DNA of 64,000 nt from a virus, in IMG/VR virus record IMGVR_UViG_3300037587_000923, positions 1-64,000 of that record; one strand, 5' to 3'. Shown in pieces: positions 38,964-49,720 of the stretch. The notes beneath the pieces are model-generated. The model was not told the DNA's origin. It was given only the letters and a program-made list of their open reading frames with translations, and made no database searches. Every line of letters starts with the position of its first letter. Position 1 is the first letter of the stretch. A program made the translations under genes and the position numbers.

Positions 38964-41900
38964 TTAAGCTGCGTAATTCTTAATAACTTCTTTTGTTTTG
39001 CCGTTGTCTTTTATATCTTGCTGAACCACTTCGGTTATGGCGGAAGGGTTCTCTTCGACTAAGGCCTTGAAGGACTTGGCGTCAACTGCGTTTATGTTGT
39101 AAGTGACCTGCGTGGCTCCTTGCTCTTCGCCAGGCCTGAAGCCGGTACCATACTTAGTAGCTTGCAAGTCGAAGTATTTGTAACCTCGATCACCGCCTCC
39201 GCCACCGCCAGCTGCCATGCTGCCACCACCTTTTGCTGACATGCTGGCGAATGTCTGTGCGGCTATCATTCCAGCGTTTAGGTATCCCATTTTTAATGCG
39301 GTAGCTGCCATAGGTATGGTAGTAGGCGGCCCCGGTGGGTTAGCTAACGCAAGTGCTGCTGCTTGGTGAGCCGAAATTATAGCCTGCCCGAAGGCTGCGG
39401 CTTTCATTGCCAAAAAGAGTTTTTTGTTTTTTGATCCACTAGCCACATAAAGAATGTCCATAAGACCAAGCGTCATGTTTATGTTATTCTGCATGGCGGA
39501 GAATCTCATCTGGTTGGACTGATCTTCTATTTGAGTCTTAGCTTCCTCTTTTGCTCTCGCTATTTCGACTTCTGTTGCGCCACTCTCGCGCAGATATTCC
39601 AGGTAACCATCGCGAGCCAATTTCATTTGGTCTAGCTTGTTCTGCATGCTGAGAAGTTCTGAGACTTCAGCTGGTATTGCACCTGCCGTCTGTGTCTCTA
39701 CTGATGGGACTCCCGCCTTCTGGCCTCGGAGCTGCGCCAATTCTAACTCAAGCCTTGCTATCTCGAGATCCTTGTCTTTACTTCCGATCTTCTCTGCTCT
39801 TATGGCATCAAGCCTTGCCTGTTTCTGCCTTATGAGTATATTAAGTTTTTTGTTTTCAAGCTCAACCTCTTTCATCAACCCTTCGACAGGACTGATGGTC
39901 TTCATGATCTTTCTGATATTGAGAAGCTTCTGCTCGGCCTCTAGTTTGAGCTTGGCATGACCGGCCTCTATTTCTCCGAAATCTAACTTCCTGGCTTCGG
40001 CTGCTTGAGATTTTCTGAGGTTACCTGTTTCGGAAATTAAATCTAATTGTTTAAAGTAGGCCGCGACTATCTTACCCAAGATGCCTTCTTGTTTAAGCAG
40101 TTCTACTCTTGCCTCGGGTGATGCAATCTTAGAATTAAGCTTAGCTGTAACCTTTGCACGCTTCTCTTCGAATTTAAGAAGGGTCAGATTAGTCGTCGCA
40201 AGGTCCCTGGCTGTCTGCAGCCCTATCTTTGTGATAGGATCGGTTTCCTTGAGATCAGCAAGTTTCTGCTGTAGACCTATAACCCCTTTCTGCGCCGCCC
40301 TTAAGGCGTTAGAATAATCTTTGGTGCGCCTTGTGAGCTTGCTTAGGGATACCCTTACCTTGTTAGCAATTTCCTCATAGGCCTTGTAGTCAATCAAGAG
40401 CTTCTTCATCTCTTTCTCGAGCCCTTTAGCATCTATCGTGCCGGCCTTATGTTCTTTATTGATAGCTCTTGCTCTTGCAACAAGCGCATCTCCTGTCTTC
40501 TCCAGGTATTTCCTGTAGTCCGCTAAAGCCTTCAACTCATCGGTGGTAGATCTTCCCAGTATCCCCGATATTGTTTCGGCTGCAAGCTGTCCGGGCTTTG
40601 TCTCTGCCAGAGCAGCGAAGGCTGTCCTGAATGAATGAGCTATCTCACCTCCAACCTTCCCTGCTTCGCTCTTTAGTTCCTTTAGCCGATACGTTGTTTC
40701 TTTGACCTGATCGGAAAACTGCTTGATCAGTGATTCCTTTGCGCTTTTACCAAGATTATCGAATGCTTTTACTTGCCCGGCTAATGATTTTTCTAGTTTT
40801 CCGATCCGAACATTATAGGCATCGGTTGACATGCTCATCAGATCCATCTGGGCCACGATCTCTCTTATCTTTGCAACCATGGGCAGCTTGGCAATCGGAT
40901 CTTTAATTTTATCCCACGCCTCGGAAAGCTTAGTGACGGCCTCCTCGAGTCGTGCCTGCTCTGCCCTTAGCTCAGCAGCTACTTGAGCCTGCCTTCTAGT
41001 TTTCTCGATATCTTTATCCTTGGCGAGAGCAAGTTCATTCATCTTCTTTTTGTTCCTGGTGAACATGGCACCCAGGGCACTCAAAGCACCGATCAACGCT
41101 ATTGATGCATAAATATATGGATGTTTCGCAAGCACCGCAAGGGCGCCACTGAAACTAATCGTTGCAATCGTCAATCCCTTAAACATTGTAATAAGTTTCT
41201 TGCCATGAAGAACCATTGGGATAATACCGGCCGCAGTTGTGAGAGCCAAGGCTGCTCCGAGGCCGGTGAGCTTTTCTGCGAGAAAGCTGAGCACAGCTGT
41301 CGCGTCCCTGAATCTCTGTAGTAAGAAGCCCATCACGTCAGCCATACCTACAATTGCAGGCACTGCAACATCACCTATTTGTGTAACAGCTATATCCAGC
41401 TGGTTCCTCATCTTCATTAAGGCGTTTCTGGGGCCTTCCATTGATTTTTTTAAGGCATCGTTAAGCATGTTTTGCTTTGTGATCTTCTTTTCCATATCAT
41501 CAAATGCTTCACCGGTTGCTATTATCGATGCGGCCAAAATACGGCCTGCCCTTACGCCAAGGATGTCCATAGACTTGGCAGCGCTGAATCCAGCATCCCT
41601 TAATCTCGTTATTATCACAGACATTTTATTCATGGTAGGGTTAATATCGTTCGCACTGACGCCCACCCTCTTGAGCTCTTCTCCAAACTTGGCTGTCGGA
41701 GCAACAAGCTGTGTCATTAACTGAGACAAGCCGGTACCTATCGTTGATGCCCTGATGCCCATATTAGAAAGGACTGCGAGCGCTGCCGAGGTTTCCGCGA
41801 GGTTCCTGCCCATGATTGCGCTTGTAGATGCGAGGTAGTTGAAGGCGGTGCCCAGGTCCTCAACTGTTAGACGTGAGAAGTTAAGTGCTCCGGCGAGTAC

Positions 41901-42917
41901 GTTTCCTATTTCAGGGACCCTGCTTGCTTCGAGGTTCCAGGCAAACATAGCTGTAGTGACAGCTTTGGCAACGGTCTCCATATTCTCGCCGGATACTGTT
42001 GTGACGGCCGCAACTGTCTTCATTGCTTCTGCAGTCGCCCTTGCACTCAAACCGGCCTGAACGAGCTTAAGGCCCATCTTGGCTGCTTCAGCGGCGGCGA
42101 GCGGAGTGGTGCTTGCAACCTCTTTAGCTGCATCGCCTACAAGCCTTATCTCCTCTTCTGATTTGGCAGTGATGGCCTCTATGTCTTTGAGGGCTTGGTG
42201 GAACTCGATGGTGTTACGTGCAGCCCTGGAGAGGGCCCCTGCTATAGTGAATATTATTCCGGCAGAAGCAAACCATCTGATCTGGAACTTGGCATACTTA
42301 CCTATATCAGCAGCGAAGCTACGCACATGCTCCATGTTCTTGATGGCATCTTTAGGGATGAACTGGCCAGCGGCTAACTGCTCCCGTTGTCCCATGAATT
42401 GCTGGCCGGCGCCTCTGGCAATAGATAAAGGTTGAGCGCCTGTTGCGCCTCCTAGCCCCATGCCCGCCTTTCCGGCCTCACGCATCTTACGAACGTAGCC
42501 GTCGAGAAGCTTGACGCCCTTCTTGAGTTCTTGGTTGGAGTGCTTTTGCTTATTGAGGTGTTCCGTGATGTGTGTTAATAGCGCACGATATTCTTCCTTG
42601 GTAGCCTTGACTCCGGTGAGCCCCTTGCGGTAGGCGATGGCGCCGGCAGCCTCTGCTTTGGCTATCTTCTGAATCATCTCGAGGCGTTGCCTGCCGAGGC
42701 CAACAGCCTTCTTGGTGGCTTTGGCGGTTGATTCTGATATCTTATTTTGTGACGCTACTATCTGGCTGGATAACTGATTGACATTGATCTTGCCAGCCCC
42801 CCCGGCGCCGGCACTGATCTTGTTGAATTCATTCCTAATACCCTGCACGAAGCCTCTTATTTGTCTAATTGCCGTCTTTGTGTCGGCTAAGACTCTTATT
42901 TCAAGCTTCGTGGCCAT
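38964..42917 (-). CDS. tape measure protein
   Basis: 1317 aa helical; GIRASTIGTGL TP901-type core. Confidence 0.92.
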   Translation of the reverse strand: MATKLEIRVLADTKTAIRQIRGFVQGIRNEFNKISAGAGGAGKINVNQLSSQIVASQNKISESTAKATKKAVGLGRQRLEMIQKIAKAEAAGAIAYRKGLTGVKATKEEYRALLTHITEHLNKQKHSNQELKKGVKLLDGYVRKMREAGKAGMGLGGATGAQPLSIARGAGQQFMGQREQLAAGQFIPKDAIKNMEHVRSFAADIGKYAKFQIRWFASAGIIFTIAGALSRAARNTIEFHQALKDIEAITAKSEEEIRLVGDAAKEVASTTPLAAAEAAKMGLKLVQAGLSARATAEAMKTVAAVTTVSGENMETVAKAVTTAMFAWNLEASRVPEIGNVLAGALNFSRLTVEDLGTAFNYLASTSAIMGRNLAETSAALAVLSNMGIRASTIGTGLSQLMTQLVAPTAKFGEELKRVGVSANDINPTMNKMSVIITRLRDAGFSAAKSMDILGVRAGRILAASIIATGEAFDDMEKKITKQNMLNDALKKSMEGPRNALMKMRNQLDIAVTQIGDVAVPAIVGMADVMGFLLQRFRDATAVLSFLAEKLTGLGAALALTTAAGIIPMVLHGKKLITMFKGLTIATISFSGALAVLAKHPYIYASIALIGALSALGAMFTRNKKKMNELALAKDKDIEKTRRQAQVAAELRAEQARLEEAVTKLSEAWDKIKDPIAKLPMVAKIREIVAQMDLMSMSTDAYNVRIGKLEKSLAGQVKAFDNLGKSAKESLIKQFSDQVKETTYRLKELKSEAGKVGGEIAHSFRTAFAALAETKPGQLAAETISGILGRSTTDELKALADYRKYLEKTGDALVARARAINKEHKAGTIDAKGLEKEMKKLLIDYKAYEEIANKVRVSLSKLTRRTKDYSNALRAAQKGVIGLQQKLADLKETDPITKIGLQTARDLATTNLTLLKFEEKRAKVTAKLNSKIASPEARVELLKQEGILGKIVAAYFKQLDLISETGNLRKSQAAEARKLDFGEIEAGHAKLKLEAEQKLLNIRKIMKTISPVEGLMKEVELENKKLNILIRQKQARLDAIRAEKIGSKDKDLEIARLELELAQLRGQKAGVPSVETQTAGAIPAEVSELLSMQNKLDQMKLARDGYLEYLRESGATEVEIARAKEEAKTQIEDQSNQMRFSAMQNNINMTLGLMDILYVASGSKNKKLFLAMKAAAFGQAIISAHQAAALALANPPGPPTTIPMAATALKMGYLNAGMIAAQTFASMSAKGGGSMAAGGGGGGDRGYKYFDLQATKYGTGFRPGEEQGATQVTYNINAVDAKSFKALVEENPSAITEVVQQDIKDNGKTKEVIKNYAA

Positions 42918-43291
42918 GATTCTTACGTTCCCTTCTTTTTGATTGTTCGTCTCTTATCTGGCCCCGCTCTCCGAGGATTATATCTCTCCACACAAAGTAT
43001 GCGTTTGTCTCATCTAATAAAGCAGATGGAAGCCTGGTCGAGGAGGCCATCTCTCCCCCCTCGACCATCTCTATGAATGTTATGATGTTTACAATTCTTT
43101 TGTTAAGGGCTGATATGGGACAGCTCATTAACACTTTCTTGAAGATTCTTATTGGCGCTGGCTTGTATCTTCCTTCACAGTTTCTGGTTCGCTGGAGCTT
43201 TTTTCTTTGACAGTAGCCGCAGTCCCAGACTCCTGAGTCGTCTCTTTCTCGGAGCCACTCAATGATGGTGACTCCTTGCCGGAGTTTTTTT
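42901..43291 (-). CDS. tail assembly chaperone GT extension (-1 frameshift product)
   Basis: A AAA AAC slippery site at ~43284-43291; -1 frame is open through WDCGYC...MSCP to stop 42901. Confidence 0.75.
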
Positions 43292-43712
43292 CCGTTACCT
43301 CATCGGTGACACCGGTTACCTCTTGCACGAGATCAGTCATGAGATCGTCCGAGAGTAGCTCTATGTTCTCAGAAGAGAACTTTACTTCGTCTCCCTCTTC
43401 ATCCTTTATAGTCTCCCAGCCCGACAATGCTATTCGTAGTATTTCCAGGTTGGTCTTTAGGGAGTTGAGTGATATTCGATAGAGAGCTCCCATGCTGCCT
43501 TCGGCTAACTTTTCGGATAACTTTTCGGCTACGTCCTTTGTGTCGCCTTCTGCCACTATGTTTGCCGGAATATCTATGTCGGAGTTGGACATTATTTCGA
43601 GATTTTCAAATCTCGTCAGGCTCCTCAACATAAATACTGGAGCGCCTTCCTGCCCTCTTAGTTCTTTGGGAGTATACTTCCTTACCTTCTTAGATAGCGC
43701 TGTTACATTCAT
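43149..43712 (-). CDS. tail assembly chaperone G
   Basis: between tube and TMP; LSGWETIKDEEG..VKFS. Confidence 0.8.
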   Translation of the reverse strand: MNVTALSKKVRKYTPKELRGQEGAPVFMLRSLTRFENLEIMSNSDIDIPANIVAEGDTKDVAEKLSEKLAEGSMGALYRISLNSLKTNLEILRIALSGWETIKDEEGDEVKFSSENIELLSDDLMTDLVQEVTGVTDEVTEKNSGKESPSLSGSEKETTQESGTAATVKEKSSSEPETVKEDTSQRQ

Positions 43713-43819
43713 CTCTCTTCTCCTGGTTGGTTGAATGTTAGAGCCCGGGCTGCTCATTTAAAAGCTGGACGAACCAGGACGTCCACCCAGGCATTGAAAC
43801 CTGGCTCCTATCTGCTACC

Positions 43820-45010
43820 CTACAGCCAACTCGCTGAATAAATTTCGTTATCGTATCCCCCGCCCATCGCATCAGAAGTATCGGGCTCACATACGAAAGA
43901 TACGTCGTACTTGAAGAGCCTCGAGTCTACCGTTACCGGGGTCTCTATATACCTGATCGTAGGGAACCTAACAGCAAACATGTTGCCTGCAGCTGATCCT
44001 GCCACGAGTACCAGTTCCGCCCTGGTATCGGCCCTAAGAGCATCCTCGATCGTCTTGTTTTCATAGAGAAGAGAGAAGGAGCCCTGTACCTGCCTCTTCG
44101 TTCTGATGACCTTTGTGATGCCGCTCGTGGTTACCGCTGTCCTTTTAAACAGTTCGTTGTTAATCTCGAAGGCAACATCGCTAACATCATAGGTAACCCC
44201 GCCAATCGTAACGACCATGAGTGTTGCAACGAGAGGGTCGGTTGTGTCATATGATGGACCTGTCGGGACAGCATCGCTGGAGTCGTTCGGCACGAGGGTG
44301 TTCTTCGCCATAAAGTTGAAAGCCGGGACAATGATCTCGCCTGTAGCCATGCTCATGGCGAGTTGGCTAATCTTGCAACCTGCGGCTCCAGTCCTCACAT
44401 ACTCCGATCCGTCCGGGTTCTGCTTCCAGTATTTCAGGTAGAAGCTTTCAAGCTCCGCCTTGTTCAACTTGTAATGATAGCCTGCTCCAACAGCTGCAGC
44501 AACAGCTGGAGTTGCTGATAGGGCTGGAGAGACAGTGAGGGTGTCAGTAGCTATGACTGTAATCCACGCAACCTCATAGGCTGTCCCGCCCCCGCCTGCC
44601 GGGTCAATAAGGACCGCATCACCCACCGCGAAGTTTGAGCCTTCGGTTGCGGTAACGGTAAACTCGGTTGCAGATGTCGCACTAGCTACCGCAGAAGCCG
44701 TAGAGGAGTTCCCTACCCCAATCGCTGCCTCCCACAATGGGTCTGTCTCTGGTGGGGTTGCCGGTGTTCCGCTCCCATGCAGTTCGAAATTCAGCGTCCC
44801 TTCCGCATTAAGCTCAGCCCCCCTTACCTGTGCCAGTGTGCTAAATGTATCCCTTATTACAGCCCTATCTTGCATCTCAGGGTTGTATGTAGGGATAGCT
44901 ACCCCTTCGTTATGCTCGATCAGGTCCGCAGCCGCAAGAGTGGGATCAGTGCCATATGTCGCTTCCTTCTTTATGCCGAGGACGGATCTCGCCTCTAAAT
45001 ACTCAGCCAT
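43820..45010 (-). CDS. major tail tube protein
   Basis: EATYGTDP N-terminus, GCKISQL, FEINN. Confidence 0.85.
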   Translation of the reverse strand: MAEYLEARSVLGIKKEATYGTDPTLAAADLIEHNEGVAIPTYNPEMQDRAVIRDTFSTLAQVRGAELNAEGTLNFELHGSGTPATPPETDPLWEAAIGVGNSSTASAVASATSATEFTVTATEGSNFAVGDAVLIDPAGGGGTAYEVAWITVIATDTLTVSPALSATPAVAAAVGAGYHYKLNKAELESFYLKYWKQNPDGSEYVRTGAAGCKISQLAMSMATGEIIVPAFNFMAKNTLVPNDSSDAVPTGPSYDTTDPLVATLMVVTIGGVTYDVSDVAFEINNELFKRTAVTTSGITKVIRTKRQVQGSFSLLYENKTIEDALRADTRAELVLVAGSAAGNMFAVRFPTIRYIETPVTVDSRLFKYDVSFVCEPDTSDAMGGGYDNEIYSASWL

Positions 45011-45035
45011 CTATTGCCTCCTTTTTATAATTTTT

Positions 45036-45275
45036 TTAGTCTTTGGATTTCTTCTCGGGTTCAGGCTTAAATGAAAGTATCTTTTTGACACTATCGTTTA
45101 GGCATGCCGAAAAGTTATCGTGCTTGCCGGTAAGTACATCCTGAAGAACACTATCTACATGAGACCTCAACCCTTTCCTGGGCTCCAGATATCCCATTAT
45201 ACCGGAAGCGCACTTCTTTTTATCTCCCGACCTCACCATTTGTTTCAGGTGATTTCCTATATGCATCTCTATCAT
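45036..45275 (-). CDS. hypothetical protein
   Basis: GAGGA RBS in late operon. Confidence 0.55.
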   Translation of the reverse strand: MIEMHIGNHLKQMVRSGDKKKCASGIMGYLEPRKGLRSHVDSVLQDVLTGKHDNFSACLNDSVKKILSFKPEPEKKSKD

Positions 45276-45285
45276 AAATTCCTCC

Positions 45286-45990
45286 TTATGGGTTATCTCC
45301 TATAGGCTCCCTTCTCCTGACTGCCATGGGTGTCACAAGATAGAAGCCTCCCTCTACTTGCGGGTTAAAATAAAACCTCGTATCTTGCAGGGTTATGTCC
45401 ATTATGGTCTCGCCATATGGTACGAGTGCTGCGCTAAGATCTTGATCTCTCTGCATAGCCCTTCTTACCATCTTTGAATACAGAGTCTTTCTGGTTTCTG
45501 CTGACTCTTCGTCATTGTCATAAAACAGTGTAGTGATAAGAAAAGGGTAGGTTGCCTCTTCTTTTATATGGGGTACTGTCTTCTGAACCCAATTCTCAAG
45601 CATTAAATAAAGGAAGATGCCCCTGGAATCTTCTATATAGTTGAAGTTCCTTGGCATCCCTTTTCTTATATATATGTGCTCTCCGGTATCGGTGATATTT
45701 GCCTCTGCAAAATTATTATAAAGTGTAAGTTCGGTGTCCGACTCTACCGACTTAACTCTATACCATGAGCTAGATCCTGCGATTCTTATAGCTCCACCTT
45801 TGACTATCTTATCGCCATCAGCGCCTGAGCTTCGTAGTTCGGTCAAGAAAACTGTAGATGCGCCGGTAACAGTCGGGGATCCATTCTGAAACGTCAAGGT
45901 GCCGATCAGGTCGTTTTTGAACTCGGTAATAATATCAGTATCATTCCTGAGTTGAGTTATAATGGCGTCCTGTAAATTCTCTGCGCTCAT
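45286..45990 (-). CDS. tail terminator-like protein with inserted beta domain
   Basis: position before tail tube; LQDAIITQLRND. Confidence 0.6.
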   Translation of the reverse strand: MSAENLQDAIITQLRNDTDIITEFKNDLIGTLTFQNGSPTVTGASTVFLTELRSSGADGDKIVKGGAIRIAGSSSWYRVKSVESDTELTLYNNFAEANITDTGEHIYIRKGMPRNFNYIEDSRGIFLYLMLENWVQKTVPHIKEEATYPFLITTLFYDNDEESAETRKTLYSKMVRRAMQRDQDLSAALVPYGETIMDITLQDTRFYFNPQVEGGFYLVTPMAVRRREPIGDNP

Positions 45991-46844
45991 TTTTGCCCCC
46001 TAAGCCACACCTCGTATTGCTTCATCTCTCTTTCAATGAAGACTTCAGACACTCCCCTGGCTCGCATTCTATTTATTTCATCTTGAAGGGATACGCCCAT
46101 TTCTGAAATCTCTGTTTCTTTTTCAAGGGCCTTAGCTTCAGCTTTTGGTATAGGTATTTCCTCCACCTTCTCTACCTTCTCACCTCCAGTAGGCCTTACC
46201 GAATCTTGTCCCTTTATTGCGGCTGTTAGGACTTGTTGCATATCACCCACAATCAAGTCTATGTCCTCACTGTCAAGCACCATAAACTGTATTCTTCTTG
46301 ATGGAGGACCATATTCAAATGTGCCGAGTTTCCCGGATGCTATATGACTATATCTTTTTACATATCCAAATAACTGGACAGTATCACCGGGCCCCCAATG
46401 TATTTTGGCTGGCCAAGCTCTATCCCCGGACATCACATCGTTGGGATCGATCCTATCTTCAGCATCGGGGCCCAGGGGATTTTGTTTCTCCTTTGCTCTA
46501 CCTGATGGATAATGCTGCTTGCCTTGTGGCCAGGTGCCTCCAAGAAAAATTCTTGCTTCTTCATCCGAGAAATCTTGACTTATCGAATTGAAAGTTGTCC
46601 CTGTCAGGAAGCCCGGATCTCCATCATGGGGAAGTACCGGTATTTTCTTTTTAAAGCTTTGATAGCCGCTACCCTTTTTAACTTGTGCTGCAAAGCGGGC
46701 GGCATACTTCCCCTTAGTTTGCCGGTATGCCCTGCTGGCTCCGACCTGGTGAAGGTTGCCGGGTTGCATCGCGGATACAAGCCTGCCGACTGTCTCATCG
46801 ATCTCTTTGAAGTTAGCGACTATGCCAAACTTTACTATGCTCAA
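45987..46844 (-). CDS. neck/tail completion protein
   Basis: position; TGTTFNSI, PSRRIQFM. Confidence 0.55.
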   Translation of the reverse strand: MSIVKFGIVANFKEIDETVGRLVSAMQPGNLHQVGASRAYRQTKGKYAARFAAQVKKGSGYQSFKKKIPVLPHDGDPGFLTGTTFNSISQDFSDEEARIFLGGTWPQGKQHYPSGRAKEKQNPLGPDAEDRIDPNDVMSGDRAWPAKIHWGPGDTVQLFGYVKRYSHIASGKLGTFEYGPPSRRIQFMVLDSEDIDLIVGDMQQVLTAAIKGQDSVRPTGGEKVEKVEEIPIPKAEAKALEKETEISEMGVSLQDEINRMRARGVSEVFIEREMKQYEVWLRGQK

Positions 46845-47413
46845 TTACCCTCCAGCTTTATGGATATCTCATAGATCCCTTTCGCAAAGTAAGGATTAAT
46901 ATTTCCACTTATCTTGAGCTGTCTGCCATCATCATCCACTAGGGCACTCTTCCTTGTTATGCCGTTTGGTTGACAGTAAAGAGAATATGTATCATCCTTA
47001 CCGCCGAAACCCGGCAACACGACTCCACGGTCTGACATCTGAGTTATCCCACCATCAGTTATTAAGCATGGGATTCCAGTTATGCCATCGACGAACTTCT
47101 TTGTTGTATCATCGAGGATCAAGGTTTTTATAGTATGGTTGCACCTGAAGAGCTTCGCATTATATTTAAAAAACTCGCTCGCTCTTTCATCTGGAACAAG
47201 ACCAGCCACCAGGTAGTAAGTGAGGGATCCGCCCACCGTAACTGCTATGAGATCACCATCAACTACTCCGCTGTCTGTCTCAAACCATGCCTCGTACTCA
47301 TGGGTAACGGCTTTAAGTTTGGGTTTTATATATACATAAATGTTGATGTCGGTTGGGGTTCGCTTGATGACCCCGGCAACGCCAACACTCTGGATTGCAT
47401 CGTTAACACTCAC
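46841..47413 (-). CDS. head closure-like protein
   Basis: synteny. Confidence 0.5.
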   Translation of the reverse strand: MSVNDAIQSVGVAGVIKRTPTDINIYVYIKPKLKAVTHEYEAWFETDSGVVDGDLIAVTVGGSLTYYLVAGLVPDERASEFFKYNAKLFRCNHTIKTLILDDTTKKFVDGITGIPCLITDGGITQMSDRGVVLPGFGGKDDTYSLYCQPNGITRKSALVDDDGRQLKISGNINPYFAKGIYEISIKLEGN

Positions 47414-47862
47414 TATTCATCATCCCTATAATCATGCCCCACGGCATCATCTATCAATCCGTGAGGATCCACTATATTTGTAAACAGATCATCTGCTTCG
47501 ATGAACAAGTGAGCTGTAGTTGTGTCCTCTCTAGCTGCGACAAAAGCTGCCTCTATCTCTCTTATTAACTCACGAAGTCCTCTTGCGACCTGACTTAACT
47601 TCAGGCCTTCAACGTCGAACTTGGGAGTATGTTTCCTGAGCTGATCATGGTAAAAGTACAGGTTCATTAACTCAATGAGCCAATACTGTTTCGTTGCATA
47701 GTCTTCGTCGGCTACTGACGCAGGGTTTTCATATCCCGTTCTTCTGGTTGCGTAGTCGTATGCCTTCTCGTCATCACCAAGCTCATAGGTAGAATCTATC
47801 CTGCGACCGTTTGTTAACCCTAGAGCTTTAAGTTCTGTTGTATCGAGATATTTTATAGCCAT
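47413..47862 (-). CDS. head-tail adaptor-like protein
   Basis: synteny. Confidence 0.5.
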   Translation of the reverse strand: MAIKYLDTTELKALGLTNGRRIDSTYELGDDEKAYDYATRRTGYENPASVADEDYATKQYWLIELMNLYFYHDQLRKHTPKFDVEGLKLSQVARGLRELIREIEAAFVAAREDTTTAHLFIEADDLFTNIVDPHGLIDDAVGHDYRDDE

Positions 47863-47912
47863 CGCATGCCTTTAAAAGGGCAGCCGGTGAGGGCCGCCCT
47901 GTAGTTGATTAA

Positions 47913-48341
47913 TTATTCGCCAGTATCGCCTGACTGTTTTTCGTTATCGGAAGTTCCGTCTTCGGACCCACTACCGGCTTCAGTGGTCTTGTTGTCTTCG
48001 GAGTCTTTGCCCCCGGTAGGCTCATTGCCTTCACCGGAACCATCTTCCTTCTTAGGAGGATTCTCCACCATCTCAACGAGCTGCTTCTGGGTGTGGTCGT
48101 CTATGACAACCTCTATGCCGTGCTTCTCCTTAATCAGGGCAGCCAGCTCGGTTTTGTTCATCTTCTCCGGCTTCTTATTAACCTTGGGCTGTTCGGCCTT
48201 GGCTTCCTCGCATATAATCATACCGGACTTTTTATCTTTCCTCTTAGCCCAGTAAGCAAACCTTTCGTAGTTCTTATCTTTCGGTGTTATTATCTGACCG
48301 GGGGTCTTCCCGAGTATCCTTACATTAACCTTATAGTCCAC
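47913..48341 (-). CDS. small protein with HeH/Rho-N-like motif and acidic tail
   Basis: KMNKTELAALIKEKHGIE. Confidence 0.55.
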   Translation of the reverse strand: MDYKVNVRILGKTPGQIITPKDKNYERFAYWAKRKDKKSGMIICEEAKAEQPKVNKKPEKMNKTELAALIKEKHGIEVVIDDHTQKQLVEMVENPPKKEDGSGEGNEPTGGKDSEDNKTTEAGSGSEDGTSDNEKQSGDTGE

Positions 48342-48369
48342 AACAACCTCCCTGGTTTATTGTTCATTT

Positions 48370-48403
48370 AAAAAAAGGGGACGCTCAAAAGGGCGTCCCC
48401 TTT
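48370..48403 (-). terminator. intrinsic terminator after capsid gene
   Basis: aaaggggacgc/gcgtccccttt stem with T-run on the minus strand. Confidence 0.8.
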
Positions 48404-48426
48404 CGCACTAACTATGTCATCAGGCC

Positions 48427-49686
48427 CTAAGCGTGTACTTTCAACCTGAACCAGTTACACCTTGAGACCTTAGGCCCACCGTCTATACCAGCTCCTATTT
48501 CGAGCTTATATGGCACCTTCTCGTTGAAGTGTGTCCATGTGTAGCGGCCTGGTAGAGGCCTTGTCCAGCTCGCGCCTTTGATGAGGCTAGGAGTAGACAG
48601 CCAGTTGTTTGCGGCTACCCTGTCATTCGGTACTGCCGAGAACAGAACATAGCCTTCAGGGAGAAATTGCTTGTAAGCAGTTACCCTGTCTCCAAGGAGA
48701 TAGTTGTTGCTCACTCCAGCGGTGAGGGTGATCGTGTTGCCAGAGACACCACCAGTATCTATAGTAACTTCCTCCTCTTCGCCGAGAGTGTTCCTCAAAG
48801 TGAGGACGTCACCGGCTACAAACTCAGCCGCATTCACTACTTCAAGAGTAGTATCGGCTGCTGCTGAAGCTGCGGTAAGAGTTGTCTCCTCTGCATAGAG
48901 CCTGTTGTCCCTCTCGATATCAAGTCCTGTCAACGTCTTGAATACGGCAGTCCTGTCAGCACTCTTCTCTGTGAGAGAAGGAGCGGCAACAACAGAAGCC
49001 TTGGTATCGTCAGCGTTGTAGAACTTCTCCAGGGTATTGACAGACATATACGCCTTCAGTGGGGTGAGCCCCAAAGAGGTCAACATGTGATTCATGGAAC
49101 CGATCATGTCTGCCACAGGAGTTGCAGAGCCAGCAGTGGTCCATACACCGCCAGAAGTCCATGGTGGAGAGGACGCATTGTCCGCAGAATACTTGGCAGG
49201 AATGTTGGGGTTGTAGGTATAGTTCACGCCATACCTTGCTTCCGAATATGTATCGTTTATCAGAAGTTTGGAAGTAACGTACTCAATCAGGGTGTTGAGC
49301 CTAAGGTCGAGGAAATTCAAAGCAGCAGTCTGAAGACCTTCGCCCCACTTCTCGTTCGGTATCGCAGGGTTTACTGCTTTCTGGAGAACAGCCTCGTCAT
49401 ACTGAACGGCCTCTCTCCAATACCCTGCCGTGTGCTCTTTGTAGCTTGAGCCAGGTATCGCTACCCTGCTGTGATCTGCACCTAACTGAATAGGTGCTGT
49501 ACGTCCGAATGCCCCGTTCTGGATAAGGTCTATGATCAGATCCTTATCAACAAGCTTCATGGGCAGGAACGCATCTGTAAGCTTGAAGGCGTCTGACGCA
49601 GGCACAAACTCGTTGATGGTAGAATCCATCACGGCTGGCCTGAAGACTCTAGCCTCCTGAAGCTTTAACAGTTCTTGTCCTGTCAT
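48427..49686 (-). CDS. major capsid protein (lambda gpE-like) with inserted beta domain
   Basis: synteny after protease and decoration genes; 419 aa. Confidence 0.8.
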   Translation of the reverse strand: MTGQELLKLQEARVFRPAVMDSTINEFVPASDAFKLTDAFLPMKLVDKDLIIDLIQNGAFGRTAPIQLGADHSRVAIPGSSYKEHTAGYWREAVQYDEAVLQKAVNPAIPNEKWGEGLQTAALNFLDLRLNTLIEYVTSKLLINDTYSEARYGVNYTYNPNIPAKYSADNASSPPWTSGGVWTTAGSATPVADMIGSMNHMLTSLGLTPLKAYMSVNTLEKFYNADDTKASVVAAPSLTEKSADRTAVFKTLTGLDIERDNRLYAEETTLTAASAAADTTLEVVNAAEFVAGDVLTLRNTLGEEEEVTIDTGGVSGNTITLTAGVSNNYLLGDRVTAYKQFLPEGYVLFSAVPNDRVAANNWLSTPSLIKGASWTRPLPGRYTWTHFNEKVPYKLEIGAGIDGGPKVSRCNWFRLKVHA

Positions 49687-49720
49687 TAGTTCCTCCTAAT
49701 ATAAAGGGTTAAGGTTTACT

